This document shows, piece after piece, positions 30,501 through 40,513 of a DNA stretch of 60,126 nucleotides. Origin of the DNA: an uncultured Oscillospiraceae bacterium (GTDB taxonomy: Bacteria; Bacillota; Clostridia; RUG12999); contig CAYQKW010000007.1 in the NCBI GenBank assembly GCA_964418245.1, positions 1 through 60,126 on the forward strand, in the 5' to 3' direction. Position numbers and translations under genes: made by a program. The notes beneath the pieces were generated by a model. It did not search any database, was not told the DNA's origin, and saw only the letters and a program-made list of their open reading frames with translations. Position 1 is the first letter of the stretch. The number at the start of each line of letters is the position of its first letter.

Positions 30501-30890
30501 CGTCGGCTTTTGACCGATAACGAAGAAAAATATATTTACAAAGAAAAAATAGAAAAGTTCATTGCAAGCGACCTGTTTTCAAGAATTCGAAAATCGAAAA
30601 AACCGCTCCGTGAATTTTCTTTCAACCTGCCGGTAAAATCCGAAACGGTTTATCCGTTACTTGTGGGAGAAACAATATTAATCCAGGGTATTGCCGACTG
30701 TATTTTTGAAGAAAACGGCGAATATGTTGTCGTTGACTACAAAACCGATGAATATGTCACTCCGTACCGGCTTGAAGAATATAAAAAGCAAATTGAAATT
30801 TATGCCCGTGCGACCGAAATTATAACGTCTGCACGCGTGAAAGAAAAAATAATTTATCTTATTAAATATGAAAAAGCAATTTACGTTTGA
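27522..30890 (+). CDS. addA: ATP-dependent helicase/nuclease subunit A
   Basis: SAAAGSGKT, VDEYQD, VGDIKQSIYRFRQA, SIHKSKGL, YVALTRA, DYKTD. Confidence 0.95.
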   Translation: MPEFTDDQKRAIYEEGCDILVSAAAGSGKTAVLSERVLNKLLDGHDITEFLVVTFTNAAAAEMKERISRKIGEKIEESEKNTFLSRQLTLIGKASITTIHSFCLDIIKNNFHLLDIDPAFKIADENETKLMKLESAEEALEFMYEHEPVMTDKLCMLFGKKDETFEDEIIKLYAFTRSLPNPEEWLRCQCEAYASDVPATELVWVKYIIHDTYIKLCALKNEFEKLYETAAESGLNYSAGIEQNTRAIEALCTAARHSAEKFHEELSSFVFGKIGRRGKDEDVVLCEEISKKHDDLKSRFKKIQNTLCEKSFSEISAEIKNAYPLVQTLTKCVNTFSEIFAQKKHNAALIDFSDFEHLAMKILKDDGNGVAKRLRERYTEIFVDEYQDCNLAQETLFSYISRKENGKSRNMFMVGDIKQSIYRFRQADPGIFSEKSKTYTPDGLRRKICLNKNFRSSSTILACINDIFNACMSEDVGGVEYGVDERLYYRDDITPENEPKCELLIVNSTADTDIEDEPEEKIGYEARLIAKRIIQLKAEGGKFSDFAVLMRNVKTNIHAFETEFKKFGIPYYVDGGGGFFDSFEIRLFMSILKICDNPYQDIPLCGVLFSPLFEFDENDLLKIRMHSECSLYKALCAYDTPDETKAKCEYFLNTLAKWRDMAVSLTVEEFCGYLCDELCYDDFILCLPGGDGRKSNFDLFLMQVKKFADMGINDLFGFILYLDRLSAGGDSAGAKTLSENADVVRIMSIHKSKGLQFKNVFVAGCGRDFNIKDSTGGLLYHKTLGIGITMINTDKHIKYKLISQKAVSAAIKQESISEEMRILYVALTRAETRLICTASVKKADERDFFAEKKPPITASSYLDWICCGLSDKWIVKIFGKNELSAELSHEDDVSTKDYGGYSEYVENALTYTYPHEKASHTPVKLSVSEMKKADTYDDPTAFKMFAPTLKSYPEFIEKHDLSGANAGTVNHLVLKELDLSAPSVEECVARLKKRRLLTDNEEKYIYKEKIEKFIASDLFSRIRKSKKPLREFSFNLPVKSETVYPLLVGETILIQGIADCIFEENGEYVVVDYKTDEYVTPYRLEEYKKQIEIYARATEIITSARVKEKIIYLIKYEKAIYV

Positions 30891-30913
30891 TTTGACGAAA
30901 GGGTGTTTTTTAA

Positions 30914-31591
30914 ATGCGTATAATCAAAAAATATAAAACCACGGTTATATCCGTTTTGACAGCCGTTTTTGCTTTGGTGTATATTTATGCGTTTTTTATG
31001 ACGGGAATATGGTATAACGGTACGTTTCTGTATAAAAAAGACGGGATATTTTCGGGTGCGGACGAATATGCCGAATATACCGTGAAAATCAACCGAACCG
31101 AAAGCGGTGCAAAGATTGATTTTTATTTGAACGATGAATTGCACAAATATGAAGTGAAAAAGTTTGATGAACCGTATGCCGAAATTTATGAAAACGATGT
31201 GAAAATATTCGGCGGACAAGTTCTTGATATGGACGGGGTTTATTTTTTAACCGACGATGAAAGCGGAAAAACACAAACCATAGATATAACGGTAGGTAAT
31301 ACAAAACCGCAAAAAGAAGATTTGCTCCCAAGCTGTTCCAAGCTATATTCGTTTGCCGAAGGCGAAACCGAAAAAAGAGGAAATCCCGTGCCGGCCGTTG
31401 TTATTATCTTTGCCGCAATATTCCTCTTTCTCGATATAAAATTCCCGATGCTGTTTTTTTATACACATCACGGATTTGATGTTGACGGCGGCGAACCGAG
31501 TGATTGGTATCTGTTCAAACAACAGGTGTCACGTTTTGTCCTTGCCGCTGTGATTGCGCTGTGTGCCGTGTTCACTTTTACGATACACTGA
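30914..31591 (+). CDS. Hypothetical membrane protein
   Basis: N-terminal TM, two C-terminal TMs flanking EPSDWY. Confidence 0.6.
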   Translation: MRIIKKYKTTVISVLTAVFALVYIYAFFMTGIWYNGTFLYKKDGIFSGADEYAEYTVKINRTESGAKIDFYLNDELHKYEVKKFDEPYAEIYENDVKIFGGQVLDMDGVYFLTDDESGKTQTIDITVGNTKPQKEDLLPSCSKLYSFAEGETEKRGNPVPAVVIIFAAIFLFLDIKFPMLFFYTHHGFDVDGGEPSDWYLFKQQVSRFVLAAVIALCAVFTFTIH

Positions 31592-31597
31592 AAATAT

Positions 31598-32266
31598 TTA
31601 TCCGAAAAGCTCGCTGTCGTTGTAACTGTTTACAACGGCGGCGGCATTTTTGTTTTTATGTGTAAGCAACCATTCGTAAACCTTTTGGTTGCTGTAGGTA
31701 TCGTCCCATGAATTATGCTCGTTTTCGGGATAAATCGTGAGCTTGGCATTTCCGCCGGCATTATTCACGGCAGTCACCATTTTTTTCGATTCCTCCGGAA
31801 AAACCACTTTGTCTTTTGCTCCGTGAAATGCCCATACCGGAACATTAACAAGTCTTTCCGCATCCCAATACATACCTCCGCCGCATATCGGAACGGCGGC
31901 GGCAAAAATCTGCGGCAGGCTTATCGCCAGCTGCCATGCGGCATATCCGCCCATGCTCGCCCCGGTAACATAAAATCTTTCTTTGTCGGTGAAATCGGAA
32001 TTGAATATGTATAACGCAAATTTTTTCAGCGTTTCAAACATATCGAACCATGTTTCTTCACTGCACTGCGGTGCGGCGGTTATGAACCCGAAATTTTCAA
32101 TATTTTCGGTATGTAAAAAATATGGGTGAGTTTTGAGCCGTTCAATATCGTCCCCTCTTGTACCGGCTCCGTGAAGAAGCAGTATCACGGGATATTTCTT
32201 GTTTTTGTCATACTCTTTCGGAAATTTTAAAATATAATTCATTTCTTCAAATTTTTTATGTATCAT
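31598..32266 (-). CDS. Alpha/beta hydrolase (predicted peptidase/esterase)
   Basis: LHGAG, GASMGG nucleophile elbow, WAFHG..D, H. Confidence 0.88.
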   Translation of the reverse strand: MIHKKFEEMNYILKFPKEYDKNKKYPVILLLHGAGTRGDDIERLKTHPYFLHTENIENFGFITAAPQCSEETWFDMFETLKKFALYIFNSDFTDKERFYVTGASMGGYAAWQLAISLPQIFAAAVPICGGGMYWDAERLVNVPVWAFHGAKDKVVFPEESKKMVTAVNNAGGNAKLTIYPENEHNSWDDTYSNQKVYEWLLTHKNKNAAAVVNSYNDSELFG

Positions 32267-32334
32267 GATTTATCTCCCTTAAACGTCATATTCCCACGCA
32301 TTTACAATATATTATATTGAGAGGAGGAATCATA

Positions 32335-32583
32335 TTGCGTCATGTTATTAATTATGCGGCTATACTTTTCGGTATAACCGCTGTTTTGTGGATTGTTACA
32401 TCTGATGCCGGCCGAATTTGGCGGATTGTTTCGGGCAGTTTTCTCGGTTTTGCCGCACTCACGATTGTCAGCCGCGTTCTTCCGTCCGTGAGTGTGGGCA
32501 TAAACGCCGTTACCTGTTTGTTCTGCGGCATATTGGGAATACCGGGATTTTTCACACTGTTTATATTAAAGCTGCTGATTTAA
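32335..32583 (+). CDS. bofA: Pro-sigmaK processing inhibitor BofA family protein
   Basis: Small hydrophobic protein with GINAVT...GILGIPG; RBS GAGGAGG; next to spoVAC. Confidence 0.75.
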   Translation: MRHVINYAAILFGITAVLWIVTSDAGRIWRIVSGSFLGFAALTIVSRVLPSVSVGINAVTCLFCGILGIPGFFTLFILKLLI

Positions 32584-33026
32584 AACAGCCGCATAATATA
32601 ATAAACAATCCCCACACATACCGACGAAAGTGCGCCGTATACCAGCACCGGTCCGGCAATAACAAACATATTCGCACCCACGCCCATAACAAAACCTTCG
32701 CTTTTATATTCAATTGCCGGAGAAACTATTGAATTTGCAAATCCGGTAATCGGCACGGCAGTTCCGGCACCGCCGTGCTTTGCCAAATCGTCGTATACAC
32801 CTATCCCGGTGAGAAGCGCACCGGCAAAAATCAATATAATGGATACCCATGCCGCCGCCTGCGTATCGGGAATCTTGAAATAAAGCAAAATTTGACGTAT
32901 AATCTCACCTATAAGACATATTGTGCCGCCGAATACAAACGCTTTCAGGCACGTAGCCGGCACATTTGTATTCGGCGACAATTTTTTCACAAGTTTATCA
33001 TATTCTTTCTTATCCAAATCCATCAC
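32580..33026 (-). CDS. spoVAC: Stage V sporulation protein AC
   Basis: KAF..GG.IC, GAGTAVPITGFANS, F.IAGPVLVYG. Confidence 0.93.
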   Translation of the reverse strand: MMDLDKKEYDKLVKKLSPNTNVPATCLKAFVFGGTICLIGEIIRQILLYFKIPDTQAAAWVSIILIFAGALLTGIGVYDDLAKHGGAGTAVPITGFANSIVSPAIEYKSEGFVMGVGANMFVIAGPVLVYGALSSVCVGIVYYIMRLF

Positions 33027-33086
33027 TCTTTCTTTTTTTATTATTTTGTCTCAAAAAAGAAAAAATATGCATTTGAATGATAAGGA

Positions 33087-34160
33087 TTACTGTTCCAATG
33101 TTGTTCTCCAGCCGAACGGGTCTTCAAGTTTGCCCCACTGAATGCCTGTTATGGTATCGTAAAGCTTTTGACTTATTCTGCCTATATTTCCGTCCCCGAT
33201 TGTCATAACTTCGTCTTTGTATCTAAGTTTGCCCACCGGAGAAATTACAGCCGCCGTACCGCTGCCGAAAACTTCTTCAAGCTTTCCGCTGCGCTGTGCG
33301 TCAAGCAGTTCGTCAACCGAAATTTTGCGTTCTTCCACGTCAAATCCCCAGTGTTTGCACACTTCAATCACCGAATTTCGCGTGATACCCGGCAAAATAC
33401 TTCCGCTGAGTGCCGGTGTTACGATTTTTCCGTCAATTTTGAAGAATATATTCATTGCACCGACTTCTTCAATATATTTTCTTTCAACACCGTCAAGCCA
33501 AAGCACCTGCGCAAAACCGTCGTCATGAGCTTTCACCTGTGCAATAAGGCTTGCCGCATAGTTTCCGCCCGTTTTTGCAAAACCTATGCCGCCGCGAACG
33601 GCACGTACATATTCGTCTTCAATCCAAATACCCACAGGAGCAAGACCGCTTTCGTAATAAGCACCGCTCGGCGAAAGAATTATAATAAACATATACGTTT
33701 TCGACGGAGCAACTCCAAGAAAATCGTCCGTTGCAATAACAAACGGTCTTATGTAAAGCGATGTGCCTTTTTCTTCGGGAATCCAGTCTTTATCCATATC
33801 AACAACAGCCTTAACCGCCTGAACGAAATCTTCTTCGGGAATCTGCGGTATACACAATCTGTCGTTTGAAGCATTCGCACGTTTTGCGTTCATATCCGGT
33901 CTGAACAGATAGGGCGTTCCGTCTTCACCCTTATATGCCTTCAATCCCTCGAACATTTCCTGACCGTAATGGAACACCATTGCCGCCGGTGAAAGTTCAA
34001 TATTGGAAAAAGGAACGATTCTTGCGTCGTGCCAGCCCCGACCCTCGGTATAATTCATAACAAACATATGGTCGGTGAAGATATGACCGAAACCGAGTTT
34101 TTCGCCTTTTTTCGGTTTTTCTTTCGGATTGTTTGTTTTTACAACTTTAATATCAAGCAT
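33087..34160 (-). CDS. ilvE: Branched-chain amino acid aminotransferase
   Basis: FG..FTDHM, HYGQEMFEGLKAY, KTGGNYAA, ILPGITR, GTAAVISP. Confidence 0.95.
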   Translation of the reverse strand: MLDIKVVKTNNPKEKPKKGEKLGFGHIFTDHMFVMNYTEGRGWHDARIVPFSNIELSPAAMVFHYGQEMFEGLKAYKGEDGTPYLFRPDMNAKRANASNDRLCIPQIPEEDFVQAVKAVVDMDKDWIPEEKGTSLYIRPFVIATDDFLGVAPSKTYMFIIILSPSGAYYESGLAPVGIWIEDEYVRAVRGGIGFAKTGGNYAASLIAQVKAHDDGFAQVLWLDGVERKYIEEVGAMNIFFKIDGKIVTPALSGSILPGITRNSVIEVCKHWGFDVEERKISVDELLDAQRSGKLEEVFGSGTAAVISPVGKLRYKDEVMTIGDGNIGRISQKLYDTITGIQWGKLEDPFGWRTTLEQ

Positions 34161-34195
34161 TTTTATCTCTCCTTGCAATTTATCTTTTTTAATTT

Positions 34196-34224
34196 ATTAT
34201 AAGCCAATGTGACAGATTTGTCAA
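34196..34224 (-). promoter_or_regulatory. Consensus SigA promoter for ilvE with overlapping palindrome
   Basis: TTGACA-17-TATAAT; TGACA-GATT-TGTCA over the -35. Confidence 0.7.
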
Positions 34225-34286
34225 GTGTGCGGTATCAAAAAAACTTATTTAATTAATTTTATTGAAAATTTTCGCCGATTATATTC

Positions 34287-35441
34287 TCATGTATAACTTC
34301 TGTCAACATGAATAACACATCTGTATCCGCCGTCTATCTTTTTTATCTCTGCGGATATTTTTTCTTTGACTTCTTTTTCGCTCATTCCGCATTTGCCGGG
34401 AAGTACCACGTCGAAGATAAGGTTTGTGTGCGTATCGCCGCTGACCATTCTGAAATCGTGCATGGATATATCGGGGTTCACGGTTTCAACCGCTTTTTTC
34501 ACAACGGCTTTTGCCTCATTTATGGTTTCGTTTTCGGTTTCTATCGGGTCCATATGAATTGTTGCAATGCAATTAAATTCTTCTTCGAGCCGACGTTCAA
34601 TCAAATCAATTTCGTCATGCATCTTTATTATATCTCCGTCGCAGGGTACTTCAACATGAAGACTTATCATGAACCTCGACGGCCCGTAGTTATGTATTAT
34701 CAAGTCGTGTATTCCGCGTGATACGTCATATCCCATAACGATATTTTCAATCTTTTCGACCATTTTTTTATCCGCCGGCATACCGAGAAGCGGCTGTACC
34801 GAATCTTTAAGTGCACCATATCCCGTGAAAACAATGAAACACGATACAACAAGTCCGGCAAAGCCGTCTATGTTTATTTTATACAAGCGATATACGGCAA
34901 GCCCCAAAAGCACGGCAAGCGTTGCCGCGGCATCACTCAAAGAATCTTTTGCCGTTGCAATCAACGTTCCCGAATTTATTTTTTTTCCGATTTTCCGGTT
35001 GAAAAAATACATCCATGTTTTTATGCATACCGCCGCCGAAAGAATTGCAACACTGCCTGTGTTTACATTGATTTCTTCGGGTGTCATTACCTTCGCAAGC
35101 GAGCTTTTCGCAAGCGATAACCCCATAACAAGAATAAGCACGGAAACAAAAATCCCGGAAATATATTCTATCCTGCCGTGACCGAACGGATGCTCGCCAT
35201 CTGCCGGCTTATCCGCAAGTTTGAACCCAACAAGCGTTATAACCGACGACCCGGCATCCGAAAGGTTGTTTAAAGCATCTGCAATAACGCCGATTGAATT
35301 TGTGATAAATCCAGTTACAATCTTCATCGCAAACAACAGTATATTAAACGCTATTCCGGCTTTGCCCGCCGCAAGCCCATATTCACTTCTGTTGCCGCGA
35401 TTTTCTTTTTTGATAAAAATTCTGCAAATAAATTCCGTCAA
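34287..35441 (-). CDS. Cation diffusion facilitator family transporter
   Basis: ADALNNLSD, KPAD.EHPFGHGRIEY, HDLIIHNYGP. Confidence 0.92.
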   Translation of the reverse strand: MTEFICRIFIKKENRGNRSEYGLAAGKAGIAFNILLFAMKIVTGFITNSIGVIADALNNLSDAGSSVITLVGFKLADKPADGEHPFGHGRIEYISGIFVSVLILVMGLSLAKSSLAKVMTPEEINVNTGSVAILSAAVCIKTWMYFFNRKIGKKINSGTLIATAKDSLSDAAATLAVLLGLAVYRLYKINIDGFAGLVVSCFIVFTGYGALKDSVQPLLGMPADKKMVEKIENIVMGYDVSRGIHDLIIHNYGPSRFMISLHVEVPCDGDIIKMHDEIDLIERRLEEEFNCIATIHMDPIETENETINEAKAVVKKAVETVNPDISMHDFRMVSGDTHTNLIFDVVLPGKCGMSEKEVKEKISAEIKKIDGGYRCVIHVDRSYT

Positions 35442-35457
35442 TATATTCTCTCCCCAT

Positions 35458-36591
35458 TTAATATTTTTCAAGTATATGATTTATGTATTGACGCGCACAT
35501 CTGCCGGACCTTCCGCCGTGCGTAAGCTCCCAGCGTCTTGCACCGCCGATAAGCTCCTCATCGTCAATTTTTATGTTTTCAATCCGTGCCAAATGCCGCA
35601 CAATATCATAATATTCTTGCTGCATGGGTTTTGTGAAATTAACCGAAAGTCCAAACCTTTCCGCAAGCGAGAGTTTTTCCTGCATTGTGTCGCTTCTGTG
35701 CAGTTCGCTGTCGGTATCCTCTCTGTCTTTCCAAGATTCTTTCACAAGATGACGGCGGTTTGACGTTGCGTATATCAAAATGTTATCCGCTTTTTCTTCC
35801 ATTCCGCCTTCCATAACGGATTTTAAATATTTATATTCCGTTTCAAAATCCTCAAACGACAAGTCGTCCATATATATTATGAATCTGTAGTTTCTTTTTC
35901 TCAGTATTCCCGTTAGTTCTTTTAAATATTTAAACTGATTTTTCGAGACTTCAACAACACGCAGTCCGCATTTATAATATTCATTCAACAAAGCTTTTAT
36001 GCAGGTGGATTTCCCCGTGCCGCTGTCGCCATACAGCAAAACATTGTTTGCCGGTGCACCGTTTATAAATTTTTCGGTGTTTTTCTTCAATATTTCTTTC
36101 TGATGTTCATATCCCCACAAATCCTTGAAAGTTACATCGTCAAAATTCAAAACCGGCGTGATATTTCCGTTTTCGTTCAAATAAAATGCCTTGTTCATTC
36201 CGAGTATGCCCACTCCGTATTGTTTGTAAATATCCGTTATACATTCAAATACATCTCCGCCGTTCATTGTTTTTATGATTTTTTCGGCAAGCATACCTGT
36301 TGTGGTTTCGGTGTGCGGCGGTGCATCAAAATATATGCTTTCGCTGCTGCCGCAAAAACTGTTTAATACCTTTGTAATATCCTTTTTCGCAAGTTCCGTA
36401 AGCGTTCCGCCCGGAACGGTGCCGTTTTCACAATACAGCGAAAATAAATTTTCGTCCGTCATAATGACATATGCCGCATATATTTGAAATAAGTCTCCGC
36501 TTATTCCGTTTTCCGCCGCAATGTCCAGTGCCTGCGTAAGAATTTCTTCTTTGTTTATATTATTGAATTTTCTGTATATTAAATATTCCAT
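35458..36591 (-). CDS. DUF815-type AAA+ ATP-binding protein
   Basis: NNVLLYGDSGTGKS, DDLSFE, YATSNRRHL, RSGR. Confidence 0.88.
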   Translation of the reverse strand: MEYLIYRKFNNINKEEILTQALDIAAENGISGDLFQIYAAYVIMTDENLFSLYCENGTVPGGTLTELAKKDITKVLNSFCGSSESIYFDAPPHTETTTGMLAEKIIKTMNGGDVFECITDIYKQYGVGILGMNKAFYLNENGNITPVLNFDDVTFKDLWGYEHQKEILKKNTEKFINGAPANNVLLYGDSGTGKSTCIKALLNEYYKCGLRVVEVSKNQFKYLKELTGILRKRNYRFIIYMDDLSFEDFETEYKYLKSVMEGGMEEKADNILIYATSNRRHLVKESWKDREDTDSELHRSDTMQEKLSLAERFGLSVNFTKPMQQEYYDIVRHLARIENIKIDDEELIGGARRWELTHGGRSGRCARQYINHILEKY

Positions 36592-36719
36592 GCTATTCTC
36601 CGTTTCCAAGCCTTTCGGCAACCGAATTGTTTTGTTTCGCCCAACTATTCAATACATAATTATTGCTCGCACAAGGTTCATGCGAAAAATGAAAAACACC
36701 GTACCAACCCACGTTGACA

Positions 36720-36759
36720 CACAAACCCGTAGGGGCGGACGACCTTGTACGCCCGAAAA
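36720..36759 (+). repeat. GTAG-type REP-like element, copy 2
   Basis: CACAAACCCGTAGGGGCGGACGACCTTGTACGCCCGAAAA, 36/40 identical to 4397-4436. Confidence 0.7.
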
Positions 36760-36762
36760 ATG

Positions 36763-36791
36763 ATTATACCACATTAAACATATTTTGTCAA
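36763..36791 (-). promoter_or_regulatory. Consensus SigA promoter
   Basis: TTGACA-17-TATAAT with TG extension. Confidence 0.7.
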
Positions 36792-36815
36792 GCTTTGCTG
36801 CAAACTGCGAGCGGT

Positions 36816-36848
36816 AAAACGCAAACCTGCCGTATCGGATACGGCAGG
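36816..36848 (-). terminator. Terminator after clpX
   Basis: CCTGCCGTATC-GATACGGCAGG followed by TTTGCGTTTT. Confidence 0.7.
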
Positions 36849-36893
36849 CATGATTTTTTGATAGGCGGTTGACGAATACAACCGTTTTATACA

Positions 36894-38135
36894 TTATGCA
36901 TATTTAATGTCATCGGTTCTTAAGAGTTTTGGCATTGTTCTGTCGCGCACGGTTTTTGCGGTGATTATGCATTTTTTTATGCTGTCGTCAGATGGGATGT
37001 CATACATAACGTCAAGCATAACCTCCTCTAAAATGGCGCGAAGCCCCCTTGCACCGGTTTTTTTGGCAATTGCTTCTTTTGCGACTTCTTCAAGTGCTGA
37101 TTTTTCAAATTCAAGCTCGACATTATCATATTCAAACAGTTTTTTATACTGTTTTATCAATGCATTTTTGGGTTCGGTAAGTATCTTTACAAGAGCCTTT
37201 TCGTCAAGTTCTTCAAGTGCGGCAACCATGGGGAGTCTGCCGATAAACTCGGGGATAAGCCCGAATTTAAGCAAATCTTTGGGTGTGACCAATTTATAAA
37301 GATTGTTTTTTTCTTTGACGGTTGCACGTATTTCGGACTCAAAACCAAGGCTTTTTTTGCCTATGCGGTTTTCGATTATTTTTTCAAGCCCGTCGAAAGC
37401 ACCGCCGCAAATGAACAATATATTTGTGGTATCAATTTGTATAAATTCTTGGTGGGGATGTTTTCTTCCGCCCTGCGGAGGCACCGACGCAACCGTTCCT
37501 TCAAGGATTTTCAAAAGCGACTGCTGAACGCCCTCGCCGCTTACATCACGTGTGATGGACGGATTTTCGCTGCGGCGTGTTATTTTATCTATTTCGTCGA
37601 TATATATAATACCGCGTTGTGCGGCTTCGATATCGTAATCTGCCGCCTGAATCAGGCGCAGAAGAATGTTTTCGACATCTTCGCCCACATATCCGGCTTC
37701 TGTCAGCGATGTGGCATCTGCAATGGAAAACGGCACTTTAAGGATTTTTGCCAAAGTTTGCGCCAAAAGTGTTTTTCCCGACCCCGTCGGGCCGAGCAGA
37801 AGTATGTTTGATTTTTGCAGTTCAACGCCGTCTTTATCCTTTTTTTCTCCAAGTCGCTTATAGTGATTATACACAGCAACCGAAAGTGTTTTTTTTGCTT
37901 TATCCTGACCGATGACATAGCTGTCGAGAATATTTTTTATCTCTGCCGGTTTGGGTATTTCGCCCATTTCATGTGCAACGGATTCGGTTTTGATTTCATC
38001 GACATATTTATGCAAGTCATCAATACAGTCGTTGCATATATAAGATTCGGGACCTTGAATCAAAAAGCCGTTTATCAAATCTTCGTTTCTTCCGCAAAAA
38101 CAACAATATCTTTCTGTTTTACTTTCTTTTGCCAT
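36894..38135 (-). CDS. clpX: ATP-dependent Clp protease ATP-binding subunit ClpX
   Basis: N-terminal C4 zinc finger, [29 protein letters not shown] loop. Confidence 0.98.
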   Translation of the reverse strand: MAKESKTERYCCFCGRNEDLINGFLIQGPESYICNDCIDDLHKYVDEIKTESVAHEMGEIPKPAEIKNILDSYVIGQDKAKKTLSVAVYNHYKRLGEKKDKDGVELQKSNILLLGPTGSGKTLLAQTLAKILKVPFSIADATSLTEAGYVGEDVENILLRLIQAADYDIEAAQRGIIYIDEIDKITRRSENPSITRDVSGEGVQQSLLKILEGTVASVPPQGGRKHPHQEFIQIDTTNILFICGGAFDGLEKIIENRIGKKSLGFESEIRATVKEKNNLYKLVTPKDLLKFGLIPEFIGRLPMVAALEELDEKALVKILTEPKNALIKQYKKLFEYDNVELEFEKSALEEVAKEAIAKKTGARGLRAILEEVMLDVMYDIPSDDSIKKCIITAKTVRDRTMPKLLRTDDIKYA

Positions 38136-38272
38136 TAAAATACCTCCTGTATTCCGGCATACCGAAAGCAAAGCCGATATGCCTATGGATAGGGGGCGTA
38201 AAATACGCATCGGCAATGCGAAACATCGCCGAACTGTTTTTTTACAGCCCCTAAAATTCAATTAAGACAATA

Positions 38273-38869
38273 TTATCTTTTTGAAACTATTTTATCAATC
38301 AAACCGTATTCAAGAGCCTCTTGCGCCGTCATATAATTGTCTCTGTCGGTGTCTTTTTGTATAATATCGAGCGGTTTGCCCGTATTTTCGGCAAGAATAC
38401 CGTTTAATTTATCTTTGATTTTTAAAATGTTATCCGTATATATTTTTATATCGGTAGCCTGACCCTGCGTACCGCCGAGAGGCTGATGTATCAATATTTC
38501 ACTGTTAGGCAGTGACAATCTTTTGCCTTTTGTTCCGGAGGATAAAAGAAATGACCCCATGCTTGCGGCAAGACCGACGCATATTGTTGACACATCGCAT
38601 TTTATATAATTCATTGTGTCATAAATTGCAAAACCGGCTGTAACAGACCCTCCGGGGCTGTTGATATAAAAACTTATATCTTTATCCGGGTCTTGACTTT
38701 CAAGAAACAACAGCTGTGCCACTATCACGGCGGCACTGTCGTCCGTCACCTGACCGTTCAAAAATACTATTCTGTCTTGCAACAAACGCGAATAAATATC
38801 GTATGAACGTTCTCCTCTGCTTGTTTGCTCGATTACATACGGTATCGGCAAATAATCGTTCTTGTACAT
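38273..38869 (-). CDS. clpP: ATP-dependent Clp protease proteolytic subunit
   Basis: [25 protein letters not shown]. Confidence 0.98.
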   Translation of the reverse strand: MYKNDYLPIPYVIEQTSRGERSYDIYSRLLQDRIVFLNGQVTDDSAAVIVAQLLFLESQDPDKDISFYINSPGGSVTAGFAIYDTMNYIKCDVSTICVGLAASMGSFLLSSGTKGKRLSLPNSEILIHQPLGGTQGQATDIKIYTDNILKIKDKLNGILAENTGKPLDIIQKDTDRDNYMTAQEALEYGLIDKIVSKR

Positions 38870-38914
38870 AGTTATTTTCCTCCTTTTTGCCCAATAGACC
38901 GAAGAACACCAAAA

Positions 38915-40198
38915 TTACGCCACAGTTGTTTCGGATACAAGGAAGTCTATGATTTTTCTCGGCAAGAGCGATTCTTTTAACGATTCGCCGCTAACAAGCT
39001 CTTTGACTTTATCATATTCCATCTTGTATTGTTCCGCAATCTTTTTGCGTTCTTCTTCACATTCTTCATCGCTGACTTCAATATTGTTTTCTTTTGCGAT
39101 ATATTCAAATGCAAGGTCGATTTTCACGTTACGCAATGCGTTTTCTTTGCTGTTTTCACGGAAATCTTCAACCGACGAACCGATATATTCAAGATATTGT
39201 TCAAAGGTTATCCCCGGCATTTGCGACTGAATTTGGTATCTTGCATTGTTTTCAAATTCATCAAGTTTGTTTTCAACCATAATATCGGGTATTTCGGCTT
39301 TAAGTTTTTTGAGAACCTCGTCTATAATAACTTCCTCTTGGTCGCGTTTTGCACGTTCATCGGCATTTTTCAAAAGTTTTTCTTTTGTGTCTTCTTTAAG
39401 TTCGGCAAGTGTATCAAATTCGCTTACGTCTTTTGCAAATTCATCGTCAATTTCGGGATATTCTTTTTTCTTTATGCCGTTAAGTTTAACTTTGAACAAT
39501 GCAGATTCGCCGGCAAGGTCTGCCACGTTATAGTCTTCGGGGAAAGTTACAACCACATCGAACTCATCGTTGATGTTATGCCCTGCGATTTGTTCTTCAA
39601 ATCCGGGGATAAAGTGCCCCGAACCGAGCGTCAGATTATAGTTTTGGGCTGTGCCGCCGTCAAACTTAACGCCGTCAATGCTTCCTTCGTAATCTATAAC
39701 GGTTACATCGCCCATTTCCGCCGGTCTGTCGGTAACTTCAACAAAGCGAGCAACACGTTCTTTCATTGCATCAATTTCTTTATCAATTTCTTCATCCGTC
39801 ACGCCGTATTCGATTTTCTTGACCTTAAGACCCTTGTATTTATTCATTTTAACGGCAGGTTTAAGTGTTACTTTTGCCGTATAAACAAAATCTTTACCGG
39901 AACCGATTTCTTTGATTTCTATTTCGGGACGCGACACGGGTTCAAGTTTCTCGTCTTCAATTGCCTGAGGATATGTATTTTGCAGAATTTCGTCGGCGGC
40001 ATCTTCATAGAACACGCCTTCGCCGTATGTTCTTTCAATCAGTTTTCTGGGTGCTTTACCTTTTCTGAAACCGGGAAGAGCTATAGATTTAACATTTTTT
40101 AAATATGCTTTTTGAACAGCATTTTCAAATTCTTGTGCCTCTACCGCAATTTCAAGAGAAACCACATTTGTTTCAACTTGTTCTTTTGTTACTTTCAT
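38915..40198 (-). CDS. tig: Trigger factor
   Basis: PGFRKGKAP; FKBP domain (FIPGFEEQ, FPEDY). Confidence 0.97.
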   Translation of the reverse strand: MKVTKEQVETNVVSLEIAVEAQEFENAVQKAYLKNVKSIALPGFRKGKAPRKLIERTYGEGVFYEDAADEILQNTYPQAIEDEKLEPVSRPEIEIKEIGSGKDFVYTAKVTLKPAVKMNKYKGLKVKKIEYGVTDEEIDKEIDAMKERVARFVEVTDRPAEMGDVTVIDYEGSIDGVKFDGGTAQNYNLTLGSGHFIPGFEEQIAGHNINDEFDVVVTFPEDYNVADLAGESALFKVKLNGIKKKEYPEIDDEFAKDVSEFDTLAELKEDTKEKLLKNADERAKRDQEEVIIDEVLKKLKAEIPDIMVENKLDEFENNARYQIQSQMPGITFEQYLEYIGSSVEDFRENSKENALRNVKIDLAFEYIAKENNIEVSDEECEEERKKIAEQYKMEYDKVKELVSGESLKESLLPRKIIDFLVSETTVA

Positions 40199-40513
40199 GA
40201 CAATCTCCATTCCGCCGCCCCGCACCGGCACAAATTATATTAGTTAAATTTCTCTTATCGGCAGGGAAAATGATAAGAGTTTTTTGCAATTTTTTTCAGT
40301 TATACGTAATATTCACAAAATTGCTTTGCATTCCATACCATATTATATTATACAATAATGCACAGCCTTTTTTCAATATAACTTTTATACAAAGAATTGG
40401 ATTAAACACGCTTGTTATATATTAATTATACCCACATTCTTTCATGTTAAACATCATTTTTTTCGGTTTAGTGCATACTGCCGCAAAAAACTTGCCGAGC
40501 GGCACACGGTGCT

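Noticed and set aside
36649-36894. Short ORFs over the REP regions (also 4268-4599)
   Set aside because: They cross promoter, terminator and repeat sequence; the shared QTRRGGR peptide simply reflects the REP.
39029-40102. 357-aa plus-strand ORF
   Set aside because: Antisense shadow of tig; Phe-rich composition mirrors Glu/Lys codons on the coding strand.
40252-40279. CTCTTATC...GATAAGAG resembling the SAM-I P1 stem
   Set aside because: Only 12 nt lie between the arms, with no aptamer core; it is a simple hairpin upstream of tig.
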